Shown: in pieces, positions 23,051 through 36,640 of the stretch
Layout of the letters: the number at the start of each line of letters is the position of its first letter
Position numbering within the stretch: the stretch's first letter is position 1
Assembly: GCA_010909165.1 (NCBI GenBank)
Contig: VJWM01000011.1
Coordinates: 372,001-436,000, forward strand
Length of the DNA: 64,000 nucleotides
Origin: Anthoceros angustus
Lineage: Eukaryota; Plantae; Anthocerotophyta
Direction: 5' to 3'
Made by a program: the position numbers and the translations under genes
Notes under the pieces: generated by a model
What the model saw: the letters and a program-made list of their open reading frames with translations, nothing else
Told to the model about the DNA's origin: nothing
The model's database searches: none

Positions 23051-25884
23051 TGAGAAGCTGGCCAATGTTATGACAAGGTCTCCTCAAGAGTAGTGACGTA
23101 CTCCATTTTTCAAAGACGGCCAAACATCGAACAAATTTTATTGTTTTTAAAATGGAAACGTTGATTTTGAGAGTTTTTGGAAAACAGGGCTAAAAAAACT
23201 GCACAGTTCAAATCCAAAACCGGCCCCCTACATCATCCACGAGATTATGTCGTCCATTTTCCCACCCTCAGATGGAGCATGGTTCAATAAAATGGCCTTT
23301 TCAGGGATAGAAAATAAGCATTCTTACAAATATGAGTATTGCAAGCCCTTTTACTTTTTTTTTTTCCATGTATTTTAATCTGTGCCACTATTTAGGAGAC
23401 ATTGCAAAAAAAACTAGTTGTACAAATAACGACTAATATGGAAAAATGCATATCATCAAGTGACATATTTGAGGGAGAATGTGTCTAGAGATGCTCGACT
23501 GTTTCGAGCCATACGCCCTCTTTGTAACAAAATCAAGGAACAATATTGTTAAAATACCTCTCAGAGTATATAATATCATATGTCATAAACATTCCTCACA
23601 TATAAACTATTCATAGAATAGAGTGAAGAGTTCAAACCTGAGGGCAGTGCTCTGTCCACCGATAGGCTTACTGAAGTCCTCTCCGAACCAAGCGAGATGG
23701 TCACCCATCACATGGCTCTATAACTGAAAAGAAAGGTATCGTTGAGTTAAAAAAAAATCGACGCTAAAGTTCACACTATCATGGCGGCTCGACTCAGTTT
23801 CAAGTTCCCCCAAACTGACGCCGTACCCGGAAGAGGACACGTTCATTCAAATGCCACTAGACATTCTGGTGGCATTCGACCCATAATAATAGCTATTCAA
23901 GGCACCTATGCTACCATAGAACCTCCCTACCCTTGAACTCCTAGGCTACAGATTGAAGCCTCTGCAAAACTCTAGCCCCTCCAAGCTCCGACTTTGGTCC
24001 TCTAGTGTGCAAAAAAGGTGTTCCAAAATCCAAGTTCAGGGTGTCCTTGCTAAAAAACCATTCCATCGATGCCTGTGGCATCCACCAACCTCACTACTCA
24101 AGGGCAAAAATAATAGAGCAAGGTGGAAAAACTTGGCTCCTCCTTCACTTCCATCCAACTTTGCGCTCCAAGTGCGAGAGCCGCCACCTATGTAGCAACC
24201 TTCATCCTCGTCAGCTATCGCAGGACTCCCGGGCAGCTGCAAGCGTCCGGGAAGCTGAGAACAACTCTATTGACAGGAATAAGTCCCCGGGCTCTTCCTT
24301 GACCTCTCCTTGCTTTGCCATGCTTTGCCGAAGCAGCTTTATCCTGCTCCTCGCCTTTGGAAACTCCGCCTTTGCAATCCCGAAGTCCTTGGACAGGTCC
24401 CTCGGCTTTGGCGTGCCCCTCCCTCCTCCTTCCGGAACTCTAAAGGGCTTGAGCCTCGAGCTTGAGCTTTGGGTTGGTTTCCAAACCTGATGTTAACAAG
24501 GGGCCCAAAAAGTATAGCAAGGCCCCAAAATTGCAACATAGTTGCAACATCATGGGGTCCAAATCTTAACCTAACGTGTATCATGGCTGCCCTTTTGAAT
24601 AGTAGGGATTGTTAATGACGGCCACATTGTGTGACAAATTTGCCAAATTTTGGGCAATTTGGTCGAAACTTGCTGGGACATGTCGCGCGGTGGCAGCATA
24701 GCGCTCATGACAAGGGGCCATGTGCCATGCTAATCAAGACGAAATTGCACTCACAACCCTGATTAAGACAAATCGTATTACCGGGCTAACAAAACGACAG
24801 TGCCGACACTTTCAAACTGCGCAAATCGGCAGGTTTCTCTCGTTGTTTGTAAACCAGAAATCCTTCTTGAGGCCAGTGATCAAAAACCTGGTGCATGAAG
24901 AGGTGATGCTCCAACTTTCGAAACGCTCCCTCACAGTAACTGGTCCAGACAAATGTTTGTCTATTCATACCTTGCCCTGCAAGCTCAAACAAATCCCTGT
25001 GATCATACGGGAAGTTCTCGATGTTACATGTCTCATGATGAGACTCCACATATAGCAAAACGCTTAGCTCCAAGAATGTTTCGGCCTCCGGTTTTCCTCG
25101 ATTGTATTTGCGGACCAAAGGAACCCGCCACTTGTCCTCCCAAGGACATTGAAATTGAGGAACACTATCTTTGCGATCTTGACGGGTTTTGCGAGTGTAA
25201 TCCGCCTCTGGATCCATAACAAGCCAACTATCTCACGGAGTAGGTTGTTCTGCATGCGACCAAGCCTAGTGCATCGACCACAACAAAGCGCTGCTCCCCT
25301 TGGCAATCGGTGACGCCCGCATGAGTCAATTTCCCTTAGCGCCGGTACCAAAAGCGAACCACGCTATGCGACAATGAATGTCGGCGGCGCACGATTGCAC
25401 CATGGCGCCTTAACAACTCTTCACTGGAAACCTCCCACGCTCTCACGTTAGCTAGGCCTTTCACCGCTGGCCACAACAGCAATTTTGAGATCCGTGACAC
25501 AACGCTGGATACGCCTTGAAAACACAAGAATCGCCAATCGATGCTTGCGCCTTTACCCTTTTCGCTAGCTTGCTCCTTCGAGATCGGTGGATGCGCCTTG
25601 TTGGCGCCTACGCAATCCCTTACGAGTTGTGCAATCCTCGATTAGGTTTTGACCGTCACCCGTGCTTCTTCGCCCCAAGACCTTTTTGTCACTCCACCGC
25701 ACTTGTCCCTTCACCACCGGCCACACCCGTGACGGCCCGAGACCCCACTTTAGACAAGGAGCCTGGTTCTTCAACAAATCTCACACTCTCCCTCGTGTCA
25801 TCCGCTTCAGTCACCCCTTCACTCTCCACACGCTGTCGCGCGTTTATTGCCCAGACAACGACGACCGGGCTTTTGTGGGTAACC

Positions 25885-27079
25885 CTAATTTCTGGTGGCG
25901 GAGCCCGACTCTCGGGCGGGTGACATGCGGAGCTCCCCAGCTCGAGAATTTTGTGAAAGGCACCGATGGCAAAACCAATCTCCATCCGGAATCTCTTTGA
26001 GCGGTGGACGCAAACAAAAGATGTGATACCCACCGTTACACTGGTCACAGAGGAGCATTAGTTCAGGATCTGTGATGTGGCCACAAGAACCGCAAGGTAG
26101 GTCAACTGGTGGCCTCCACGCTTGTGGTTGCGTCCTTGTGTCAAGGTTGGGGAGGTGACAAGGCGCCAGATGCCGCATGTGCTCTTTGCATCGGCGACCA
26201 TCCCGCCCTCCACCATAATTTGCTCCGACACGCACTACGCGTAAGATTAAGCGACTGTACACGCCTAAGTGCCGGACGGTCGATGTCAGAATACACGAAA
26301 TCTCCACTTCAAACTTTCTTGCTTTTGGTTTCCACGAACCGCCTCTTGTGGCATACCTAAGTTGATCCGGTCTTGTGCTATGGCGGATTGTCCATCGCCA
26401 TTGGCATTACCCGTTGGAATAACTCGCTCTGTTGCAACTCTAAAGGCACACCTCGGGATCCCGTGCCCGCCCACCTGCTTGAGTATGTCCGCCACAATGT
26501 TTGGCATCACCGCTCCGACCGAACATGATGTAATATGGGCTGAAGTTACCCAAGGTCAGACGCTTATCCTCAGAACCCAATGCCACATATGGCGGCAACT
26601 CATCCCAACAACTAGGCTCAACTTCGCATGATTTGGGTTTAATCCTTGAAGGTTTGAACCAACCGCCCGCCAACCCGCCTACCAGGATGATCTCGTGATG
26701 TCCGCCTGTGATCAATCGAGCTACGGTCACACAATATTGAAACTCACCTCCCATTGCCTCGTCCACAATACTCAAAGACAACTCCCATACCTACTAAGAA
26801 CACCTGCAAGAAGGCTCGCGGCGTATCGTGGAGCTCCTCACCGAAGGAAGGCCAGCTCAACCCACTTTGAAAAGTGTTCTATCATGAGCATCTGATTGCC
26901 GATTGCCGCTTGGTGGCCGTGACTCGAGCATCAAGTCTGGACCATCGAAGAAAAGCCCCACGATAGGTAATGAGTGCGGCATGACATCTTGACTATTAAA
27001 CACAGGCCTACGGCATCTGGCGCGCGCAGCCACCTTCTCCGCACGCATACATACTGGACAGTATGTGTTCTTAAGCATG
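25885..27079 (-). mobile_element. Outer Ty3/gypsy element, 3' part: integrase core + C-terminal PHD finger
   Basis: MLKNTY (continuation of the integrase zinc finger), GGEFQY/HHEII core remnants, LILRVVRV..GGRDGRRCKEHMRHLAPCHLPNLD, then CGSCGHITDPELMLLCDQCNGGYHIFCLRPPLKEIPDGDWFCHRC. Confidence 0.8.
25959..26094 (-). other. PHD finger (C4HC3) in the retrotransposon polyprotein
   Basis: C-x2-C...CDQC...YHIFC..PPL..IP.GDWFCHRC, all eight ligands present. Confidence 0.9.
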
Positions 27080-30000
27080 TGTGGCGCGACTTTTTGATGG
27101 CGGTAGCGCTCCCGTGTCGTTATGGGAAGAAGTCGTTCCCAAGGGAATGATAGGCTCCGTTTGCGTTTGAGTGATTCTTACCTCGCTTTCAACGTTCATC
27201 GCCTAACTACTGTAGCGTTCACCGTCAGGGTATGGCCAAGCGTTTGAGACCGTTAGCGTCCGTGCTCGTTCGTCACTCACACTTCGTCCTTTCCTCTCTC
27301 CACTCACTCGCTCATCAGAGGCGCGCGGGTTACCGGCCGGACCTCCTCCGTCGTTCAGGGCCTCTCCGTCCGGGCTCTGCCCTCCGGAGTTCCTCCGGCT
27401 CACGTTCTCGATTCGGTCTTTGGGTCGGCTCGGGCGAGCACGGGTCACGATCACCCTTCTGCACACACCACAACCCGTTAGGTCGTCACGGGACCACGAT
27501 CAATCTCCCGGTGCCGTGCACCTTTCGGTGACTCGGGACTCACGTTAGCAGAAGACACACAAAGGTGCAGAGCGGCATCAACACCAAGAAGATGATTTAT
27601 TGAGGCCTTGCCTCTTATACTACGCCGAAGGTCGGCGTCTTTATTACACCCTATTACGGTGAGGCCATTTCGGTATGCCCTAATCGGCCGCCTACCATCC
27701 TATTTCCCTCCTATCTCCTTGCCGGTGGTGGAAGGTGGGTTCATGATTGGTGGTCAATCTCCGTCGACCCTTGGCGCACCCAATCGGATGATCCGCGGTA
27801 GACCCCTCCTTTCCCGGAATCCTGCCGGGTTGGGCTGCGTGGCGGCCGACCCGTTACCACAGTCATCCTCCCGGCCTTCCTGGGTCCCCCCCTCGTGGGG
27901 CCATGTCGGCTCCCCTAGTAAGTCGGGACTCCTCCTTCTGGGGTCCGGACCTCGGGGTCGGTCTCGACTCGAACTGAACTCAGGTCGGTTTATTTCCGGT
28001 CGGCCGGTGGGTCGGCCTCTCTCGGGTTCGGACCTCGGGGTCCGTCTTGGTCCGATCTCCAAACTCGGACCCCTTCACATGGACCTCGTCGCTAGGTCCT
28101 CCTCCTTACCCCGACCCTTGTCTTGGTTGGGTTGGCTCCCCTTGCACCCTCGGGCCCTCACCCCCCTCGGATCGGGTGGTGGTGAACTTACCTTGGGGTC
28201 AGCTGCGTCCTCCTCCTCCGGGCTCCCTCCTTGCTGTCGTCTCAAGCAGGGCCCCTAGGGTCCTGTCTTGTCCGTGCCCTTCCCCTCAGGGCCTTCCAGG
28301 GGCCGTCTTGGCGGCGAGGCCTCCGCCAGGAGCTCGGTGTGGTAATAGGCAAAGTCCGAATCCACTTCTTTGGATTGCCTCTTCCACGTGTGCGGAGCAC
28401 CCGATCTCGCCATGTGCTCGGGGCCGCTGCCCGCTTGTTGCTCCACCTCCCGCCTTGGGTGCGGTGCCTCGGTCACCTCCCATGATCGTCGGCATGCTCA
28501 CTCCCCCTCCCCGTTTAGTTCAGCCGACACGCCTTAGCGTTCCCCTTCCTCGGTGGACGGCGGCTTCTTATGCCTTCCGGCGCCCTCGCCTCCTTGTCCA
28601 TTGGCTTAACTCGCCATCTCCGCTCGGGCGGTGAACCTGCGGCGTGCGGGCTTCCGCCCTTTTCCATCTCGGCGGCGTCCTCCACTTCCATGTCGCTCGT
28701 CATGCAGGCCGGAGCCGCTCTATCTCCTGCGTTCGCGACCATGTCCTGACTACCATTCCTCTCAATGATAGTTTGGGCTGCTCAAAGTCTCCTTGAGTCC
28801 TCCATCTCCCTGCTGCTCCACCTCCGGGGAGTCGGAATCCTCCACCTCCTTGTGGCACTTCTTGGGCTGGTTGGTCCGCTCCGCCTCCTCCATCTTGAGG
28901 CGGCGCTCTATCTCGCTCGAAGTCTTGGATTCTCCCATTGAGAATTCCTTGCTCCGTCGTCTTGGGTTGTAACTCCAAGGTGTCCTTCTTGTCCTCCAAC
29001 TCCTCGCCTCCCTTCTACCTCTGCATGCGCCACAGGGTCCCCGATTTCCGGGTCTCCTCCAGTGTTTGCCTCGCTTGGCCGTGTGCTGCTCCAGCACTTG
29101 CTCGGCCTTGATTGGCCGTGGCTCTCTCGGCCGCCTCCCTCCAGTTCGATCACGCCGATAGTGATCGCGATCGGCTCGCCGTGGCCTCGCCTCCTTGGCC
29201 ACCTTCACAGCCTCTCCGGCTTGGCTCTGGTCGGTCAGCCTCCTCGCCCATCCGCCCGCTCGCCGGGCGTCCTCCTTCTGTGCGCTCGCCCCTCACTGCG
29301 AGGTCCTCCGGCGCTTGGGCCTCCTTGCCCCTTTGTTCCTCCGGTGAAGGAATTTGTCCGGTCCTTGCGGATGGACGGACCTCCCTCTCCGCTCCGGCGT
29401 TTCCCTTCCTCAATCCGAGCTTGGCCTTCCTTCTCCTCCCTCCAAGCTCACGGAGGAGTACCATGCGCCTCGGGTGGCTTCTACCTCCAGGTCTTCTCGG
29501 CCATCCGAGACCCCAGGCAGTCCATGGCGGTAGCAGGACCACGTGTTTCTTCCACGGCTGATGAGGCTCCACAAAGTCCGTGGCGGGGGGCATCTCCGGT
29601 CCCAGGACCTCCATCCCATGTCGAAGTCTGGGTTCTCCGGACCTAATCGGGACCCTTAGGTCACGAGTCTTCTCGGGCTTCCCCTCCTTGGCCCTTTTGG
29701 CGCGAGCTCCTTCTCGCCCTTTTCCTCCACAGGGCTCGGAGGAGGTGAGGGGTCAGAGCAAGCCTTTGCCCCTTCACGGCGGCAGGACCCGGCTCGGGGA
29801 TGCTGTTGCGGTGTCCTCCGCTCCACAGGCGTCCTTTACGCCCTCCTTCTTCTTCCTCCGCTTCTTGCCACTCGTGGCGGGGAAGAAGTTGGCACCGGGG
29901 TGCCCGTTGGTAGCCGTGGTCTTGCGTCTCTTGGCTCCTCTCACAGTCCGTGGGGCTCCTCGGTATGGCGTGGCGGCTGGAGGGGTCGGGCGCTTCTGCT

Positions 30001-31393
30001 GGGGGCTGCTGGTTGGGGCACGAAGGAGGAGGCGGGGAATTTCTTCCATACTTCCACAGGTGGTGAGGGGTCCGTTCAGCGTATGGAGTCAGGAATCCTC
30101 GATCGTCCTCCTCCGTCCGTTTGGCTTTGACGGCCTCCTCCCTCGGCGCCCTTGCCGCTCCACTTCCGGGGGCCTCGGTCCTTTCGGCGCTCGCTCAAGC
30201 TCTCCTTCCTTGAGGAGCTCGAAATGCCCCATACATGGATCGGTATGGGGCGGCCCAGATAAGCGAGGCTTCGGTCACGAGCTTGCGAGCCTCACAGCTA
30301 AGCCAGGCGAAGATAATCCTTCCGGTCGCCCTCTTCCCCGCTGCGTGCGGGGAATACTAGATTATCACCAAGGTGATCCACCTTGGTGAGTAGGTTCGAT
30401 GGACAATGATCCGGGCCACCCTTACTCGGCATCGGCGGGTCGGATGTCCAACCGTTGGTGGTCGTTCGTCGAGCCTTAGCATTCTGGCGGCTGGCCCTAT
30501 CTTCCCCTTCGCCTTGAGGGCTCGGCACCACTCCCCTCTTCCTCCTTGGGCGGTTGTAGGCGCCTCGGGACCTCAAGGTCCATCGCCTTGGGTCCTCCGG
30601 AGGTTCTTGGACCGCACCTCCTTGTTGACCGCCGGCATCTTCGGGCAAACTCCGGACGGTGACTGTCAAATGTCGGACCATGGAACATCCAAATGCCACT
30701 CCACCAATTCTCCCGCTTCCGGGCCGGGCCCAAAGTCCGGATAGCGCGGGTCACAATGTTGCGCTCCACAAGGTTCCATGGCTCCCAAACTTCCGCGGGC
30801 TTTTGGGTGCCATCGCCTTCTCCTCCTTGGTTGCTGGCAGCCGAGGCTGGCACGTTCTTGCGCGTTCGCTCCGCCTCAGCGGTGAGCGCGCCGAGCGTCA
30901 GTGTCCCAGATACCGGAGCGGTTGCGGGCGCAAGAGATCGCGGTGTCTCGCGCGGTAGACCTTCTTGCGACCACGCCGGGAGGCCGGCGGCGGGCGCCTC
31001 TTCCACTGTCCGTAGCGCAGTGCGCTTCACTCGGCCCCTCGCTGCCGCGTACTGCGGCCCACGCCGTGCTGCGCCCTCGGCGGCGGCGTGAATACTGCCT
31101 GGCTGGATTCAGTCTGACGGCATGCCGTCCTCCACTCGGTCGTCCGTGGCGTCGCCTGTCGTCCCACGGCTCAACTTCTAAGTTACTTTCCAGGCGTACT
31201 TATCTGCTCACGGAGTGGGTCCGGACTTATCCGTTACCGCGCGCCATAGTAGGTCTGATGCGTTCCTCACTCTCGGGAGTATACTCAGTGCGTCCGAGTG
31301 CTATCATGCTTATTTCCTCCTTTTTTCCTCATTTTATCCTTCTCACAAAAAACAAAACCCTACCTAATTTCTAACCCCGAAGTCCAGTCCACA
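27080..31393 (-). repeat. 3' LTR of the inner element (~4.3 kb)
   Basis: Starts tgtggcgcgac, ends gtccaca; colinear with 36641-42076. Minus-strand TATAAGAG followed by AATAAA near 27600-27620. Confidence 0.8.
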
Positions 31394-31407
31394 TACTCCC
31401 TTCTCAC
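31394..31407 (-). promoter_or_regulatory. Polypurine tract of the inner element
   Basis: Plus tactcccttctcac = minus gtgagaagggagta, immediately before the 3' LTR TGT. Confidence 0.65.
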
Positions 31408-31849
31408 TGTTGGCGTCTCGCCAACACTAAGCGTGTACTTTTCACCCGCCATCCGTTCAGTGGGCGGCAATTCACCATCCAAGCTGCCGGTGAGCGGACC
31501 CATTGGGGAATACCGTCGACTTGGTAAGGTCCCATCCATCGTGGGTGGAGTTTACAGGAAGTGCATATATGTATCGTAAAGGGGCGGATCTCCCTCCTTC
31601 ACATACTCCACGATTCTAAAACGCTCATGCCACTTGCGTTGATTACATGCAGATTGCATTATTGCGCCTCTTCCGGTCCTCCGTGTCTTGCACAAACCCT
31701 AGCAACGCTCCGGTTGGCTCTCTTCATCCGTTAAGCGCCTTTCCATCATGACCGGGTGTTGGCACCTCAAACTCGCCGGCATAGCGGTGAGTGCCCATAG
31801 GTCGAATGTCTGGAGTTCGTTGCGTGGTTACCTTCTGCCGTTACGAGCG

Positions 31850-34800
31850 CCCATAGCGCGATGGCGACTTTGTATCGATCGTGCGCATAGTTAACCGTCG
31901 ACTTATTGAGGATCGGCGAGATAAGTCCATTGGTCTTCTCCGTCGATCCGTTGGCCTTGGTTAGGGGCGTTTTCGATGTGTGATGCGAAATAGTCCGTCA
32001 TTGCGGTTATCACATCATTGAGGAAATGGGTTCCCGATCGCTTACAGCGGACACCCATACCTTGTGATGATGTTTCGTGAGGAATTTGGCCACCGTGCTC
32101 GCGGTCCGTTCGTAGCGCTTCAACCCACAGGTCGATGGTCGTTGCCACCAAGATGTACCGCTTGTGTGCAGTGGTTGGTATATAGGTCCAAAGTCGATGC
32201 CCACTTCTCAAAAGGCGCTAGTGCTAGTATGGGCACTAACGGCCATTGAGTTGTGATCGGCTTCCGATCCGACAAGCATCACACTTCTTCACAATTGGTG
32301 TGTTTCCCCATACATGGTGGGCCACGGTACCCGACCTCAAGATTTTCTTGGTGGTGACTGCTGCATAATGTCCACCACCTAGTCCTTCGTGCATCCCTTT
32401 ATTACCACCTCCGTTTCACTTTGTTGGGTACCTTCGTTCCACCGTCGGCCACCTTAAAGATGCACCGTTATACTCAAAAGGCGGCGTAGTGCACAAAGGC
32501 TGGACCAGTTCGATTCGTTGGTAGCTCCATCTCCCATAGGTACCGTTCCAACTCCGTAAGAGGCCGCCCGTCGCTCCCTTCTCCCGCGTGGGTCGTCACC
32601 GACGGGTTTGTCCGTGTGCTCCTCTACCTCCTCCTCTATCGCGCCACCAATTCCTCATCAGGAAGGCGTCCTCTTGATCCTGCGGGGCGGGCTCGTCTTT
32701 AACTGGACAAGAAGTCGTTGGTGTTGCGCCTTGCCTAGTCTCCACCTCAAATGTGAACTCCACAGCAGAATCCACCTAATCCGTCGGGACAAATGCCTTG
32801 TTCACCAAATGCTTGGTAGCAGTGATCAACATAGAACACAAACTCATTGGGCGGAAGGTAGTGTCAATTTTTCTTAGCGTATACCATTCCAATGCCTCTC
32901 GCTCCGTAGTAGTGTACCTCAGTTCGCGTCGTGGTGTCTTCAGTAGTAGATTGGGTGATCCCTCGTTTATCATCTTTTGGTGAGCACTACTCGATGGTGA
33001 CACATCCACGTACACATGGAATCGCTTCCCCGGTCCAGGTCCTTTGAGTCTTGGGGCCGACAGTGCAGAGGTCTCTGAATCGCCTCCCCTTTACGGCGTC
33101 GGGTCCATTCCTCCTCCTTCTGAGTAGCTCAGTGCTGGAGGCCCTTTGCAAAATCTTGTATGAAAGCCTATAGTAACCCACCATGCCGGAATCCCGTAAC
33201 TCCTTCAAGTTCGTTGGTGGGCTGCGAGGGCGGATGACTTTCACCTTGTCTTGGTCCACCTCTATCCCTCTCTTGACACTCGGTGCCCCAACAAGATTCC
33301 CTCTGTCATGCAGTAGCATTTCTCGGGATGCGAGCCGGTTGAGTCTCCTACATCGTTCCAAACACTTCCGCAAATGTCACGTGTTTGTCCTCCTCCGTGC
33401 ACAGTCGTCCAAGAACACCTCCATGAAGTCCCTCGGAATTCCGGAAGACATTGGTCACCATCCGCATAAATGATCCGGGTGCTCTGTCATCCGAAGGCAC
33501 TCCGTTTGTAGGCAAGCGTCCCCACTCCGTGGTGAATGTTGTCTTATCGGTCACTCCCTTAGGTGGTTGTAGCCGAATGGCCGTCAAGAAGGAGTAGGTA
33601 CTCGGCTGCCACCTTTGTCAATATGTCGTCCACAAAGGGCATGGGAAATGGTCCTTTTAGTGGCGGCGTTAAGCTCCGATCTCGAGACCCGAATCCCTTC
33701 TTTGTTTCTTGCGACCACAATGGCGCCACCCACTCCATTCACGATTGGGAAGATGATGTCGCTTCCGGATACTTATCCGGGACTTCCTTGACCTTGGCGA
33801 GTGCTTGGGATTGATTTATCTTGCCCTAATCCGAGCAGGCACGCTCACGGCTTCAGATCTATCCGGTGTTAGCTTGTTTGAATGCCTTCATATGTGACCT
33901 TGAAAGCGAACACCTCATTCCCCAACAATCGCGTGAGGTCTTGTTTAACTCATGGCATGCCCTTGCGAATTTTAGGAATTTCCTGGGCGAACCTCCACGT
34001 CTTCCACATCGTCGGGTTGGTCTCTCTTTCCTCGCTTCGTCCGCCATCATCCTCCATCAGGGTTCATCTTCACGCATTCCCCATTCTCGGAAGAGTTCGT
34101 GAGTGAAGCAGTTACTTCTTGGGTCCTCCTCATCGAGGGTTCCCCTCTTGTTGTCCTCCGCGACTTCCACTTGACGGTGATCACCTCGCTCCAAAGGTCC
34201 CCTCGATAGTCCATTTCTTCCCCACCAGATTTTGGGAAAGGGTAGTCCTCATTCGTATCCTCGCGTTCATCGTCCCCCTTGTCTTGAGGTGTACCCCTCT
34301 GGTCTTGTGGTTTCCACAGTATGTGTCCTTACTCAGTGTCGCTACCGTCCTTCCCTCACCTTGGATCCCAGTCCAGCGGCAGTGTATTTCCTTCCGTCAA
34401 GTGTAGTTTTTTGTCGGCGAGGCCCAAGGCCGCTAGCAGGACCTCATACCCCGGTCCCGTGTCGAATGAAATCTAATGTATAGGGGCTCCGCTATGGTGG
34501 CTTGGACTCGGACAACTCCCCTGCTGGCGCTCGCGCGACATGTCCGCCATCCGAGGGTTTTGGTGGATGGCTCGAAGGTGGTGAACCCGGCCGTCTTGCG
34601 GTGGCCTCGGTGATGAGGTTCACTCGACCCGTGTCTAGAGCACGTTTTTAATTACGCAATTTCCACTGCTGGCGGTCCGTATGAGATCGACCCTTACCTC
34701 CACGTTCTTGCCCTTAGGACCAAGGAGTTCCGGCGTGGTTGCGTTTCCACGATGGCCTTCCGGACTTCACAGCCGATGCCGGGTTGTCTTTTAACAAGCG

Positions 34801-36560
34801 CCTAAGGGACACCAAGTGTTGTTGGTCCATCATCAAGTCGGCCACCTTGAAAGGGCGGGTGGTTCTCCTGCGTCGCGTCGCCTTGTCTCCTCGGCGTTTG
34901 GCCCTTCTTGTGTGGTGGTCGGACCCAGGTCTGTCGGAGTTCTTCTTGAAGCATCTCGGTCACTTCGACCACATCCGGTGGAAGCGTTGCCGTGGGTGAG
35001 TCCGCTTCTCGGAGACTCCGGTGGCTTTTGGGGTTCTTCTCTGGCGGGGCTGCCGGTTAACTCGTCCTCTTTGGCGGGTTCGGCTTCAGTGTTAGTCCTC
35101 CGATCCGTGGGACTATCCCATTTTCTTCCTCTTCTGTCTCCTTTCCTTCGCTCCTTGGCGACTCGGGTTGACACTTCCGGTACCTCGGTCCGCCTTCTTC
35201 TCCTTGGCGAACTTGCCCGTACCACCTCGTTCGAGCTCCTCGGTGCCTCCTCCCACTCCGATTGTCGTCTTCAATTTTATGCGCCTTAGGGAGGGCGTGG
35301 TGGTCGCGGCTCCCAGTGGGGTGGCGTGGCGTACCGTCCTCGGCGAGGATTCGGACCCAGTCTGCATGTGCCCTTCTGATCTCCACCGCGTTCAAAGTCC
35401 CGTTGCCTTGCGGTGGGGTATGGGCGTTGGAGTAGTGTCCGGGGTTCCACAGTTCCAGACCACGCCGCCGAGAATTCTGGAGGCTCCCATGCGTTGCGCA
35501 TCGGAGGGGTGTATGGATGGACTCGTAGGATACGTCTTGTACGCGGGGTCTTCTTGGTATGCATCCTCCCCCCCGGGTCCTCCTCCCTCTCACAGTTCCG
35601 GGTGCGGAGGCGTTGGCCCATGTTGACACACACACCGCATAAATGAGTCACCGTGGTGGCCACCTTGCGTCTTTATCCTTTACGTTGATCGTCAACTCTT
35701 CACCTCTTCATTACCCGTTCTAGATCTCTCGGTCCCTCCGCTACCTCTTTCAAAGGGCGGGGTCGGACCTCTCTTTGCATCACCTCACTCTCCTTTTTTC
35801 CAGGACTTCTTCTTGTTTTCGGTTCTTCTTCATGACTTCGGATTCTTGAGTCCTCTTCCTCTTCCTCCGTGCCTCGGTCTCATCCTCCTCTCCAGGGTTC
35901 TTCATCTTGATTCCAGGCCTTCTCTTTCTTCTTCTTTCCTCCTGGAGAGTCCTCGGCGTCGTTGGTGCATCGATTCTTCATAGTTTTCCGCGCACTTGCT
36001 CACATCTTCTCTGCAACAGCGGCACATGCTTAGCCATTGGCTTGGATTGCTGCGAACCAGTCTTTGCATGGTAGTGTGGGTGGGGTGCCGTCCGGAGGGC
36101 ATAGAACCGTTCGATGTGATCCCAACTTCTCCGTCTTCCTCTTTGGTTCTCAAGTTTGGACAAGGCGTAGCCTTCTTGATCGATTCGCGGAATCTTTCTG
36201 AAGGCATCCTTCAATCTTGAAGGTTGCGGGGAGTGCGTTCGGTCGGTATTTCCTCGATACCAGCGGGCGGCAGGACCCCTTGGAGCAATTTGAATTAGGT
36301 GCATCCGAACCTTCTCCGTTGAAGTTTGCGGGACACGAAATCCTCCACGAAGGTTTGCATCCTCCTTCTTACCTCCAAAGAGAATCGCTTGCTTGGTCGG
36401 CGTTGTTGCCATCGTCGGAGGTGAGGAACCGCCTCTTGCCACTTGCACTGCTTCCTCCTCTCGATCAAACTCCACCACGCACTTACCGGTGTGACCTCGC
36501 CTCGAGCTCGTCGTCTCTCACGTGCTGCGCTCGGGCGCTCGGCGATCTGGCGTCCGACTC
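31850..36560 (-). pseudogene. Frameshifted gag-pol of the inner element
   Basis: gag (RGPAARWY ~36250); protease (NV-LDTG-SVNLI ~34600-34665, across indels); RT (DKTTFTTEWG...FMRMVTNVF 33350-33590); RNase H (RELRYTTTEREAL 32900); integrase (GIDFGPI, RYILVAT, WVEA 32000-32200). Confidence 0.85.
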
Positions 36561-36621
36561 TCTTGGCAATTCTTCCTTAACTACCTCCGTCCTCCACGCA
36601 TCCACTTGCTACGGGCGATTT

Positions 36622-36637
36622 CATTCCCAGCGCGCCA
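36622..36637 (-). promoter_or_regulatory. Primer binding site of the inner element
   Basis: Minus strand TGGCGCGCTGGGAATG begins 3 nt after the ...CCACA end of the 5' LTR; cognate tRNA not determinable by eye. Confidence 0.55.
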
Positions 36638-36640
36638 AAA

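Noticed and set aside
23100-24600. AT-rich segment with short ORFs (24005-24584)
   Set aside because: No TIR, TSD or recognisable domain could be established.
27608-31374. Long plus-strand ORFs within the LTR (e.g. 29580-30389)
   Set aside because: GC-rich, low in stop codons, antisense to the element, and not preserved as the same frame in the second LTR.
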